64,000 nt of DNA from Alphaproteobacteria bacterium (GTDB lineage Bacteria > Pseudomonadota > Alphaproteobacteria > CAISOG01): NCBI GenBank assembly GCA_044375625.1, contig JBILMH010000003.1, forward strand, positions 1,907 through 65,906, given 5' to 3'. This document shows, piece by piece, positions 29,786 to 38,977 of the stretch (positions within the stretch are counted from its first letter, which is position 1; each line of letters begins with the position of its first letter). A model generated the notes under the pieces. That model saw only the letters and a program-made list of their open reading frames with translations. It was not told the DNA's origin and made no database searches. Position numbers and translations under genes: made by a program.

Positions 29786-30526
29786 ATGAGGAAGAACATG
29801 TTATGGATTGCTTTGGGTGTTGGGGTGGCCGTGCTGGGCGCGGCGGTGGCGGCGGGGCCGATCATGAGTGATGTGCAGGAGCCGTCCTATCAATTGGTTG
29901 ATCGGCAGGACAACATCGAAATCCGCGATTACGCCCCGATGATCGTGGCGCAGGTGACGGTGACGGGGGAAAGGCAACCCGCGATAAGTCAGGGGTTCCG
30001 CCTGATCGCCGACTACATCTTCGGCAACAACCAACCCGCGCAAAAGGTGGCGATGACCGCGCCCGTGATTCAACAGGCTGCATCAGACCTGGCCGCTGGC
30101 CAGCCTGCCGACAACAAAGGCGCCAAAATCGCCATGACCGCCCCCGTGATTCAACAGGCCGCGCCACAGGGTGGGGGGGACGGTGATCCCCAAAACAGCC
30201 AGCTTCCCAATAACCAAGAAGGAAACAGCGGCAACATCTGGCACGTGCGGTTTGTCATGCCCGCCGATTACACCCTGGACACCCTGCCCAAACCCAACAA
30301 CGACGCGGTGAAGCTGCTGCCCGTAGCGGGGCGGCGGGTGGCGGTCATCCGCTTCGCCGGATCTGCCTCCGACGACAACATGACCCAGCACACCACCGCG
30401 CTGAACGGCTTTATCGCCGCCAAGCAGTTGCAGGCGCTGTCCACCCCGACCTACGCGTTTTACAACCCGCCCTGGACCATCCCGCCGCTGCGCCGTAATG
30501 AGGTGATGGTGGAGGTGGCAAAGTAA
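29786..30526 (+). CDS. SOUL/HBP-family heme-binding protein (secreted)
   Basis: Signal peptide, YAPMIVAQV and KVAMTAPV SOUL-type signatures, and an internal tandem duplication (MTAPVIQQA twice). Confidence 0.65.
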   Translation: MRKNMLWIALGVGVAVLGAAVAAGPIMSDVQEPSYQLVDRQDNIEIRDYAPMIVAQVTVTGERQPAISQGFRLIADYIFGNNQPAQKVAMTAPVIQQAASDLAAGQPADNKGAKIAMTAPVIQQAAPQGGGDGDPQNSQLPNNQEGNSGNIWHVRFVMPADYTLDTLPKPNNDAVKLLPVAGRRVAVIRFAGSASDDNMTQHTTALNGFIAAKQLQALSTPTYAFYNPPWTIPPLRRNEVMVEVAK

Positions 30527-30578
30527 GCCCACGCTCACTCTTTTCTTTTCCGTTCCTTCCTAAACGGAGTCTGCCGCC

Positions 30579-33230
30579 GTGCCCGAAAATGCCACCCCAA
30601 TCGCTGTTGCCAACCCGAAAGCGTTGGGGGCGGCGGTGGGTGGAGCGGCAGCCGACAAGTTCTGGAACCAACCGCTGCCCACCCTGCTGCAACAGCTGGC
30701 CAGTGGCCAAGACGGCCTAAGCGGTCAAGAGGCTGCCGCGCGGCTGCAACGCTATGGCGCCAACACCGCGGCCGATGTGCATCGTAACCCCTGGTGGTGG
30801 CAGCTGTTGGGGCGGTTCCGCAACCCGCTGATCCTGCTGCTGCTGGCGGCCAGCGCGCTATCCGCCCTGACGGGCGATGTGGCCAGCTTTGCGATTGTTA
30901 CCACCATCCTGGTTTTCAGCATCGCCCTGGATTTTTATCAGGAGGTGCAGGCCAACAACACCGTTGACGCCCTGCGGCAATCGGTCGCGCTAAAGGCACT
31001 GGTGATGCGTGATGGCCAGCTGGTAGAGCTGTTGGTGCGGGATCTCGTGCCCGGCGATGTGGTGCAACTGTCGCCTGGTAAGCTGGTGCCCGCCGATGGG
31101 CGGCTGATGGCTTCCAAAGATCTGTACGTCAACCAATCGCTGCTGACCGGCGAATCCTTTCCCGCCGAAAAACACAGCCCCGACCTGCCCCAGCCGGTAC
31201 AAAATCTGGATGAGGCGGTCAACGCCGTTTTCATGGGCACCTCAGTCATCAGTGGCAGCGCGCAAATGGTGGTGGTCGCCACGGGGCAGACTAGCCAGCT
31301 GGGTCATCTGGCGGGGCAGTTGGCCAGCCGCCACACCCCTACCAATTTTGAACGGGGGGTGGAACGCTTCGGCCTGCTGCTGCTGCGCGTGGCTATCGTC
31401 ATGGTGCTGTTCGTGCTGCTGGTCAACGTCAGTTTCGATCGCCCGATGTTGGAATCCTTTTTGTTCGCGTTGGCGCTGGCGGTTGGGCTGGCTCCTGAGC
31501 TGTTGCCGATGATTGTCACCATCACCCTGGCGCGTGGGGCGCGGCGGATGGCCGCCAATAAGGTAATCGTGAAGCATCTGCCCGCCATGCACAATTTGGG
31601 GGCGATGGACGTGCTGTGCACCGATAAGACTGGCACGCTGACCGAGGCCGACATTCGGCTGGAAAACGCGTTGGATACCCGTGGGCAACCAAGCCTAGCC
31701 GTGCTGACCCTGGCCTATCTGAACAGCCATTTTGAATCGGGCGCCAAAACCCCGCTGGATCAGGCGATTTTGGATCAAACCGTGCTGGATAAAGGCCAGC
31801 TGGACATGGCGGGGTGGCAACGGATTGATGAGGTGCCCTTTGACTTTGAACGCCGCCGCCTGTCGGTGCTGGTCGCCTCCGCCACCCAACGCCTGCTAAT
31901 CGTTAAGGGCGCACCCGAAGACATCCTGCAATGCTCCAGCCAGTATGAGGAGGCTGCGGCTGCTGCTGCTGCTGCGGCGGGGGTGGTGAGGTTGGGATTG
32001 ACTGCTGCCACGGCTGTTCCGCTGGATGCGACGGCGCGCCAACGCTTTCTGGCGCAGTTTAACGCGCTGGGGGAGCAGGGTTTTCGGGTGCTGGGCATCG
32101 CCTATCGCGCGGTGGCGGATGACCAGACTACCGCCCATGTTACGGATGAGAGTGAGCTGATCTTTGCCGGCTTTGCGGTCTTTCTGGATCCGCCCAAAAT
32201 GGATGCCGCCGCCACGCTGAAGGAGCTGGCCAGCGATGGTATCCAGGTGAAGATTATCAGCGGCGATAATGAGCTGGTGATGCGCCACGTTTGCGGCCTG
32301 TTGAATTTTGATGTCGGGCGGATTATCACGGGGGATGAGCTGGCACAAATGAATGACGAGGCGCTGTTTGCCGCGGTCGATAAGGCGCAGGCCTTTTGCC
32401 GCGTTACCCCCCAGCAAAAAAGCCGCATCATCGCCACCTTGCAACGGCGCGGGCACACCGTGGGCTTTTTGGGCGATGGCATCAACGACGCACCCGCCCT
32501 GCATATGGCGGACGTTGGCATTTCGGTAAATGGCGCAACCGATGTGGCTAAAGAGGCGGCCGACATCATCCTGTTGGAATCCGACCTGTCGGTCATTCAC
32601 GGTGGCGTGCTGGAGGGGCGACGGGCGGTGCTGAACACCGAGAAATACATCCTAATGGGTGCCAGCTCTACTTTCGGCAATATGTTCAGCATGGCGGGTG
32701 CCGCCCTGTTGGTGCCGTTTTTGCCGATGTTGCCGATCCAGGTGTTGTTGAACGATTTGTTGTACGATCTGTCGCAGACGGCGGTACCGTTTGATCGGGT
32801 GGATCCTGAGGCGTTGGCCAAACCCGTGCATTGGGATATTGGCCGCGTCAAACGCTTTATGTGGGTGTTTGGCCTGGCCAGCTCCCTGTTCGACTTTCTG
32901 ACTTTCTACGTCTTGCTCAGGCTGTTTGACGGCGCCGAGGCATCGTTCCAGACCGGTTGGTTCATGGAATCGATGGTGACCCAGACCCTGATTATCTTTG
33001 CCATTCGTACCCGCAAGCCGCTGTTTCGATCCGCCCCCCACCCCCTATTGCTGGTGACGGCTTTTTCAATAGCGGCCATCGCGTTGATTCTGCCCATTAC
33101 GTCGGTGGGCGGCTGGTTCGGCCTTGTCCCCCTGCCCGCCAGCTTTCTGGCCTTCCTGGCGGTGGCGGTGTTGGCCTATTTCCTGCTGGTTGAGGGCTTA
33201 AAACACCTGTTCCGCACGCATTTGCGATAG
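30579..33230 (+). CDS. mgtA: Magnesium-translocating P-type ATPase
   Basis: DKTGTLT phosphorylation motif, GDGINDAPAL hinge motif, 10-TM architecture, 883 aa. GTG start with GGAG upstream. Confidence 0.85.
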   Translation: MPENATPIAVANPKALGAAVGGAAADKFWNQPLPTLLQQLASGQDGLSGQEAAARLQRYGANTAADVHRNPWWWQLLGRFRNPLILLLLAASALSALTGDVASFAIVTTILVFSIALDFYQEVQANNTVDALRQSVALKALVMRDGQLVELLVRDLVPGDVVQLSPGKLVPADGRLMASKDLYVNQSLLTGESFPAEKHSPDLPQPVQNLDEAVNAVFMGTSVISGSAQMVVVATGQTSQLGHLAGQLASRHTPTNFERGVERFGLLLLRVAIVMVLFVLLVNVSFDRPMLESFLFALALAVGLAPELLPMIVTITLARGARRMAANKVIVKHLPAMHNLGAMDVLCTDKTGTLTEADIRLENALDTRGQPSLAVLTLAYLNSHFESGAKTPLDQAILDQTVLDKGQLDMAGWQRIDEVPFDFERRRLSVLVASATQRLLIVKGAPEDILQCSSQYEEAAAAAAAAAGVVRLGLTAATAVPLDATARQRFLAQFNALGEQGFRVLGIAYRAVADDQTTAHVTDESELIFAGFAVFLDPPKMDAAATLKELASDGIQVKIISGDNELVMRHVCGLLNFDVGRIITGDELAQMNDEALFAAVDKAQAFCRVTPQQKSRIIATLQRRGHTVGFLGDGINDAPALHMADVGISVNGATDVAKEAADIILLESDLSVIHGGVLEGRRAVLNTEKYILMGASSTFGNMFSMAGAALLVPFLPMLPIQVLLNDLLYDLSQTAVPFDRVDPEALAKPVHWDIGRVKRFMWVFGLASSLFDFLTFYVLLRLFDGAEASFQTGWFMESMVTQTLIIFAIRTRKPLFRSAPHPLLLVTAFSIAAIALILPITSVGGWFGLVPLPASFLAFLAVAVLAYFLLVEGLKHLFRTHLR

Positions 33231-33326
33231 GGTAGGGGGTTGGGTGGTTGGGGAGATTCTCGAAATTGGTTGGATAGCTGTTATAGCTTTCATATCATAA
33301 ATTCTGAAAAAAATTATAAAAATCTA

Positions 33327-33353
33327 TTGACATTCGCTTTTGTATGTTATCTA
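33327..33353 (+). promoter_or_regulatory. Sigma70-like promoter (TTGACA-N15-TATCTA) in AT-rich leader of island gene
   Basis: TTGACA at 33327-33332 and a -10-like hexamer about 15 nt downstream, followed by GGAG and ATG 33388. Confidence 0.35.
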
Positions 33354-33387
33354 AAACAATATCAGTTTAAAAAATTGGAGAATAACC

Positions 33388-34080
33388 ATGGGTTTCAGCA
33401 AAAATCTTTCTACAGAAAGAATAGCGGGCGTCCTCGCAGGCGTTGCAGTGGCAGTATCAGGTGGATATCTTGGCATGGAACTTGGCAATCGAATTAAGAA
33501 ATTTCAATCGTTACCAAATGCCAGCACACCAGAAATAGTTCATCAAACAAGAGCCGCCAAAGAAAGTCTGCTAACTGGCGCAGTAGTATTTACTGCTATG
33601 GCATTGCTCGTAGGATCTATAAAATCGTTCAATCAAATGACTGAAGACCGCAGACAAGGTATATATCCGTCGATTTTCTTGCTAAACAATATGGAAAATT
33701 TTAGAAGTAGAGATAGTGAGGCTATACAAAAAGCTCGTGATGCAGCAAATGATGTAATAGAAAAAAGAAAAAAATCTTTGACCGCTCAAGCTATTGGATT
33801 TTTTGCAGTTGCAGGAGTCGCATTGGCTCCAGCGGCATTAATCAATTTATCTGCGCCGTCTCACGTTTCCAAAACGTACACAGTCGCTTTGGCGAGCCCG
33901 TTCGCAGAAAAGGTTGTTGGTGTTTTGAAAAGCCCTGTCTTTGGTAACGCAGCCGATGCGGGTTTGGGTGTGTCTTGTTTTATGGGCGTTTTAGGAGCTT
34001 CAGCGCTTGCTGGCAAAAGAAATTTGAATGAATATAAAGAGATAATTGGCGGATTTGTGGCTCCACAGCGAGAACTATAA
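33388..34080 (+). CDS. AT-rich orphan gene encoding a 4-TM membrane protein (230 aa)
   Basis: Strong compositional shift. Four hydrophobic segments flank a charged central region. No family recognised. Confidence 0.5.
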   Translation: MGFSKNLSTERIAGVLAGVAVAVSGGYLGMELGNRIKKFQSLPNASTPEIVHQTRAAKESLLTGAVVFTAMALLVGSIKSFNQMTEDRRQGIYPSIFLLNNMENFRSRDSEAIQKARDAANDVIEKRKKSLTAQAIGFFAVAGVALAPAALINLSAPSHVSKTYTVALASPFAEKVVGVLKSPVFGNAADAGLGVSCFMGVLGASALAGKRNLNEYKEIIGGFVAPQREL

Positions 34081-34197
34081 AATTTGGCCAGCAATGCTGG
34101 TTTGCGGCTAACAATAGCGACCATGCCGATTGGTAATTGGGCGATAGCAGCTCTTGCCGCTTCTACCCCTCCACGCCACCGCCAGGATACTCCCAAC

Positions 34198-34686
34198 CTA
34201 TTGGGCAGCTGGTGGCGTGGTGGCCGATGGCATGCCGGGTGGGGTGTAGTATTCGCTGTGTTTGGTTAACAGCTGGCTGGCCTGGAACACCCCCTGGTCA
34301 TCAAATCGCCCCTCGGCAATCACCCCCTGGCCAGCGCGAAACAAATCGGGCAGCACCCCACGATAACGAACGGGCAATTCGGCCTGGTCATCCGTCACCA
34401 CAAAGCGGGTGACGGGTTGGTCGGCATCCTGCTGAATACTGCCATCTTTCACCGTTCCCCCCAACCGTTGTTTGCGATAGCTGACGCTGTGCTTGGCGCC
34501 GCCCGCTGTCTTAAGGGGCACCATACCCGCCGCCAAAGCCTGACTGGGGGTTTGAAAATACACCAACGACCCGCGCAATTGCCAGGCCAACACACTGCCC
34601 ACCGTCAACGCGCCCAAAACGATCGCGAGCAGGGTGGCCAGGCGGCGATGACGCGGCAACCAACGGCGGGGATTAGCCCTGTTCAT
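34198..34686 (-). CDS. ccmE: Cytochrome c-type biogenesis protein CcmE (heme chaperone)
   Basis: N-terminal TM and OB-fold core (FRAGQGVIAEG...LTKHSEYYTPP). 162 aa. Confidence 0.85.
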   Translation of the reverse strand: MNRANPRRWLPRHRRLATLLAIVLGALTVGSVLAWQLRGSLVYFQTPSQALAAGMVPLKTAGGAKHSVSYRKQRLGGTVKDGSIQQDADQPVTRFVVTDDQAELPVRYRGVLPDLFRAGQGVIAEGRFDDQGVFQASQLLTKHSEYYTPPGMPSATTPPAAQ

Positions 34687-34918
34687 GCGGCCTCCCCTCC
34701 TTTTGGATTGAAATCGCTTCTGCGATAGCCTGGCGAGTCGCCTGAGGGGTTGTGGGGGCGGTTGCCTGGTCGCTTATACCATCCATCATCCCATCGGCCA
34801 CCTGCTCAACCTGGCCAAGCCGCCAGTTGATCCAGCTGTGCCAACCCAGCGCCAACAGGGCGAACGCGCTGACCGCATAGGCCGATAGGATATAGCCGAA
34901 ATATGGGGTGGCCATCAT
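34673..34918 (-). CDS. ccmD: Heme exporter protein CcmD
   Basis: Small single-TM protein (YFGYILSAYAVSAFALLAL) between ccmC and ccmE, with overlapping junctions on both sides. Confidence 0.6.
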   Translation of the reverse strand: MMATPYFGYILSAYAVSAFALLALGWHSWINWRLGQVEQVADGMMDGISDQATAPTTPQATRQAIAEAISIQKEGRPHEQG

Positions 34919-35700
34919 GGTGCGGAATTCTGCTTAGGCTGGGGCTGTGGCGGTGGCGGGGCTTGCATGAGGCGCCAACTGGCCGCCCGCTGCTTATGGC
35001 GCCGCAATAGGGTCAGCAGGCGCCAACGGAACAGCAACAGGCCATAGCCGCTATAGGCCAACGCCATCCATAACAGGGGGCTTAGCATACTGTTGGGCAT
35101 GGCCACCCCACCACGGCGCAGCACGCTGGCCGGTTGATGCAGGGTTTGCCACCATTCCACCGAAAACCGTATCAGGGGCAAATCAATCGCGCCCAACACC
35201 AACAGCCAGGCGCCAATCTTTTGCCCGCGCCCTAACGCCCCCTGATGCCCGTGTTCATCGCGGTTGCCCTGCGCCGCCACCACCATATAGCTGAGATACA
35301 GGAAAAACAGCACGAAGACGCTGGTCAAACGGGCATCCCACACCCACCAGGTTCCCCACATCGGCTTACCCCACAGCGCGCCCGTAATCAGCGTTAGCCC
35401 CGTCATGGTCAGGCCAATCGGGGCGGCCGCCTGGCAGATTAAATAGCCCAGCGGTGCTTGATAGACGATGGCCAGCCCCGCCGCCAACGCCATGCCGGCA
35501 TAAATCATGCTGCACAGCCAGGCGGCCGGCACATGCACATACAAAATCCGTACCGCCTGCCCCTGTTGATAATCGGGTGGCGACAGCACCAACGATTGGG
35601 TCAGCCCCACCGCAAAAGCCATCAGCGTCACCGCCACCAGCCAGGGATAGGCTGCATCAAGCCAGCGGGTTAATTGTCGGGGGGTGACGGCGAACATCAA
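34915..35700 (-). CDS. ccmC: Heme exporter protein CcmC
   Basis: WWD motif (WGTWWVWDARLTS) and a multi-TM architecture. Confidence 0.85.
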   Translation of the reverse strand: MMFAVTPRQLTRWLDAAYPWLVAVTLMAFAVGLTQSLVLSPPDYQQGQAVRILYVHVPAAWLCSMIYAGMALAAGLAIVYQAPLGYLICQAAAPIGLTMTGLTLITGALWGKPMWGTWWVWDARLTSVFVLFFLYLSYMVVAAQGNRDEHGHQGALGRGQKIGAWLLVLGAIDLPLIRFSVEWWQTLHQPASVLRRGGVAMPNSMLSPLLWMALAYSGYGLLLFRWRLLTLLRRHKQRAASWRLMQAPPPPQPQPKQNSAP

Positions 35701-35775
35701 GGGCGGCGGCTCTGAACAAAAGGCTTGGGTTAGGATGATAGGGGTAAGGGTTGCATGGGTTGGGGTGAGCGTTGG

Positions 35776-36528
35776 TTAGCTGTCGTCGGTCAGGGTCAGC
35801 CATTGTCCCCCAACCAGGGGTACAACCACCAGGTATAGGACGCTTAACGCCAACTGCCAAGCCAGCGATTGCAACATGGCAGCGGGGCTGTTGCTGGTGT
35901 CGGTCAGGGTGGCCCACACCGCCATCCCGCCCACCAGCAATGGCACCGCCAGCGGCAACAGCACCAGCAGGCCTAGCAACCCTGCACCACCACCGCCGCC
36001 CTCAGCCGCCCCCGCGCCATCCTGCTCTAACCCTAACAGCAGCGCGCTGACCATGCTGCACAGCGCCGCCAGCCCCAGACTGCCTATCATCAGGGAGGCG
36101 GCCAACCCCATCACCGCCATGAGCCCTAGCGGTTGATGACCAATCGGAAAGGCCAGCAGCAGCAGCGGGCTTAGCAGCAGCAGGTTGATCAGCAGCAATC
36201 CCCATAACGCCAACAGCTTAGCCAGCAACAAAAGGCTCAGGCGGCATCCGCTTTGTCGCCAGAAATTCAGGCTGTCGTTGGCGCTGTCCACCCGCCATAA
36301 CCGATCGCCCGCCAACAGCGTGGTCAGCAGCAGGTTGCCCCATAGCAGCAATCCGGGCAGCAGGGCGGCGATGCTGGACGGCATGTCCCACCCGCTTAGC
36401 AAAAACGCCTGCAACCCCAACAACAACCACCAAAAGGCGGTGGGCAGCAGGCTATCGGCCAGCCGCCGTTGCATCAATCGCCCCTCACGTCCCAAATGCA
36501 TCCACAATTGCCCGCCAAGTCCCCTCAT
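35776..36528 (-). CDS. ccmB: Heme exporter membrane protein CcmB (divergent, with poly-Gly insertion)
   Basis: Polytopic membrane protein between ccmA and ccmC. ATGA overlap with the ccmA stop. Confidence 0.55.
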   Translation of the reverse strand: MRGLGGQLWMHLGREGRLMQRRLADSLLPTAFWWLLLGLQAFLLSGWDMPSSIAALLPGLLLWGNLLLTTLLAGDRLWRVDSANDSLNFWRQSGCRLSLLLLAKLLALWGLLLINLLLLSPLLLLAFPIGHQPLGLMAVMGLAASLMIGSLGLAALCSMVSALLLGLEQDGAGAAEGGGGGAGLLGLLVLLPLAVPLLVGGMAVWATLTDTSNSPAAMLQSLAWQLALSVLYLVVVPLVGGQWLTLTDDS

Positions 36529-37238
36529 GACAAATCCCAAATCGTGGCCTTAATCGGCAGCGGTTGATGGCTGGTAAACAGGCACAGCCCGCCCGCCGCC
36601 ACATAATCCTGCAGGCATTGCACCAATCGGCCAACCCCCGTTTGATCCAGCGCGGTGGCGGGCTCATCCAACAGCCACACCGGGCGCCAAGGCAATAATG
36701 ATAGCAGGCACAGCCCAACCCGTTGCCGTTGCCCCGCCGATAGGGTGCCAACCAATTGCGTCGCGGCCGCCTGCAACTGCCAGCTGGCCAACAGCTCATC
36801 CAGCTTAGGCGGGGGGGGTGATAGCTGCTGTTGCCCCGATTGTTGCCCAGAGGGGTTTCCAAATGATTTTTTCTGCGAATGCCACAGCCGTTGCCAATAG
36901 CGCAAATTTTCAACCACCGTCAAATGGGGGTGCAGGGGGTGACGATGACCCAGCAGCAGGGTGATGGGGTTAATCGCCGCATCACCCTCAGCAATGCCAC
37001 CCTGGCTGGTTGACCAGGCAACATTGCCCGCCAACGGTTGCCGCAAGCCTGCCAGAATCTCTAGCATCGTGGTTTTGCCCACCCCGTTGGCACCGCGCAG
37101 CCAGACGGCCTGCCCCGCTTGCCAATGCGCCTTAATCCCTTGCCACAACAGCCGCTGCCCACGCCTTGCGGCCAGCCCTTCGATGGTTAGCGCTGGATGG
37201 TTTTCGCATGGAGGCGATTGCGGTGGCACGATTGCCAA
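36525..37238 (-). CDS. ccmA: Heme exporter ATP-binding protein CcmA
   Basis: Walker A GANGVGKTT, signature LSAGQRQRVGL. Carries an unusual Gln/Pro-rich insertion. Confidence 0.8.
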   Translation of the reverse strand: MAIVPPQSPPCENHPALTIEGLAARRGQRLLWQGIKAHWQAGQAVWLRGANGVGKTTMLEILAGLRQPLAGNVAWSTSQGGIAEGDAAINPITLLLGHRHPLHPHLTVVENLRYWQRLWHSQKKSFGNPSGQQSGQQQLSPPPPKLDELLASWQLQAAATQLVGTLSAGQRQRVGLCLLSLLPWRPVWLLDEPATALDQTGVGRLVQCLQDYVAAGGLCLFTSHQPLPIKATIWDLS

Positions 37239-37242
37239 TAGC

Positions 37243-38853
37243 CTAAGGCGCCAGAATTTGACCGGCCAACGCCGCCCAATCGACGGTGGGTTCCCCGCCG
37301 CTATCAGCTTTTTTAGCGGTTTTACCCGCCTTGTTGGCGGGTGGGGTGGCCACCATCGGCAGCGGCAGAGACTGACGGGTTGGGCTGTTCAAACCCTGAC
37401 AGGCATCGGCGGGGGCGGTTTTGTCCGAACCGCTGTTGGAGAAACAGCGCAAGCCTGCGGGCAATTTCTCCAATTCTGGCCGCACCACCACATGGCTTAG
37501 CGGTTGATTGCTCCACCCGGGCAATGGCGTGGCGATATAGGCATCGGTGGCGGGTTGCAACAGTGCCACCGACTGAATGCGCGGCTTTACATCCTCCGAC
37601 AAACGGTTGACCAGCACGGGCAGGGCGCCACCCCCCGCACCAATCCCAACCAGGCGGATGCGATCCCGTTGCCGCACGCCCAGGTAATGGCGAATGGTAC
37701 GCTCTAGATAAATCTGCCCCTGCTCCGCGGAGCGGCCAGCCCACAAGTACCGCAACCAATCAAAGCCAACCACGCTGGCACCCTGTTGGGTTAGGGCTTC
37801 GGCCAAGGCTTGCTCCCGCGCTGTCCAACCGCTGATATCGCTGACGATCAGCACTAGCGATCCGTTATTGGCCTGCGGATTGTTAGCGGGCGTTGTGGTG
37901 GTGGAGGCGTTGTTGGTTGTTGTGCTAGGATTGGGGGCGGCGGCGCTGTTCCCCGCCGATGGTGCAGGAATTTCAACCAGCGATAGGCCATCCAACTCCT
38001 GCACCTGGGCATAGCTGGTTTTATTCGATTGTGCCAACAACCACTGCAAATTGGTTTTTAGGGGATTACGCCAGCTGGACAACGGCTGCCAATCATCACT
38101 TACGCTGTCCAATTCCAACAGGCGGGCTTTTTTGAATGGCCGCAACGCGCTTTTTTCATAGTTGATGACCTGGCAGTCATAGGGGCGCGGCGCATTAATC
38201 ACCAGCCATGAATTGCTGACTGCCAGCGGGCTTGGATCCGCCCCCTCACAAGGGCTGCGGCTTAGGCGCAAATTGGGGCAATAGTTCATACCAACGCCCC
38301 CCGCAAACTGGCTGGCGGGCGCGGTGCGTAACAGCTGATGCGCCAGGTTGGCACCCTCACCCAGACCTGCCAGGATGGGGGGTTGGGCAGCCGGCTGTTG
38401 CCAGCGCTGACCAAATTGCTGACTCAACGCTATCGCCTGATCGCGTAGGGCGTTGCAGCTGGGGGATGAGTTGGCTGTGTTATGGCCATCGCCGCCCGCC
38501 ATAAAACTGCGGCTGTTTATCCCAACCACGCCATAGCCCAACTGGTTAAACTGTCGCGCTACGGTTTCGCTTTCCTGTGACCAGCCACTTTTGGGTGAGA
38601 ACAACAGCACCACGGGTTGGTTGTTGACCTTGCTTGGTTTGTACAGTTTCAGGTTTGATCCCACCTCGGTCGTGGCCCAGCCTTGCTTAATACCGCCCGC
38701 CAATAGAAGGAATGTGAGAATGGCCATAACCAGGCCAAGCTTACCGATTGCCATCAACCCAAATTTAGAAAATTTATTTGCCATCTTATTCATGTGTCGC
38801 GCCATGCCCCCGTTGATTGGTTCTGTATGCACTTCTAACCAACTCTTAACCAA
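37243..38853 (-). CDS. VirJ/AcvB-family protein (tandem alpha/beta-hydrolase-like domains; 'virulence factor family protein')
   Basis: C-terminal LIVSDISGWTAREQ...ASVVGFDWLRYLW resembles the VirJ motif SGDGGW...VVG.DSLRYFW, and an N-terminal domain has a parallel VVLLFSPKSGW segment. N-terminal membrane anchor. Start uncertain (38853, 38805, 38793 or 38784). Confidence 0.5.
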   Translation of the reverse strand: MVKSWLEVHTEPINGGMARHMNKMANKFSKFGLMAIGKLGLVMAILTFLLLAGGIKQGWATTEVGSNLKLYKPSKVNNQPVVLLFSPKSGWSQESETVARQFNQLGYGVVGINSRSFMAGGDGHNTANSSPSCNALRDQAIALSQQFGQRWQQPAAQPPILAGLGEGANLAHQLLRTAPASQFAGGVGMNYCPNLRLSRSPCEGADPSPLAVSNSWLVINAPRPYDCQVINYEKSALRPFKKARLLELDSVSDDWQPLSSWRNPLKTNLQWLLAQSNKTSYAQVQELDGLSLVEIPAPSAGNSAAAPNPSTTTNNASTTTTPANNPQANNGSLVLIVSDISGWTAREQALAEALTQQGASVVGFDWLRYLWAGRSAEQGQIYLERTIRHYLGVRQRDRIRLVGIGAGGGALPVLVNRLSEDVKPRIQSVALLQPATDAYIATPLPGWSNQPLSHVVVRPELEKLPAGLRCFSNSGSDKTAPADACQGLNSPTRQSLPLPMVATPPANKAGKTAKKADSGGEPTVDWAALAGQILAP

Positions 38854-38977
38854 AGTGCGATCATAATCGTGGAAGCGGTCAGTCGCAATTGCTAATCCAT
38901 GCCAAGCCTTGGGTTAAAAAACGATTGGCTGCTATCAAAGATTGCTTGCTTATGCGGCGATTTCCTACTGTTAGCCT

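Noticed and set aside
30527-30578. Possible M-box (Mg) riboswitch ahead of mgtA
   Set aside because: The leader is only about 52 nt, far too short for an M-box aptamer. mgtA is probably co-transcribed with the SOUL gene.
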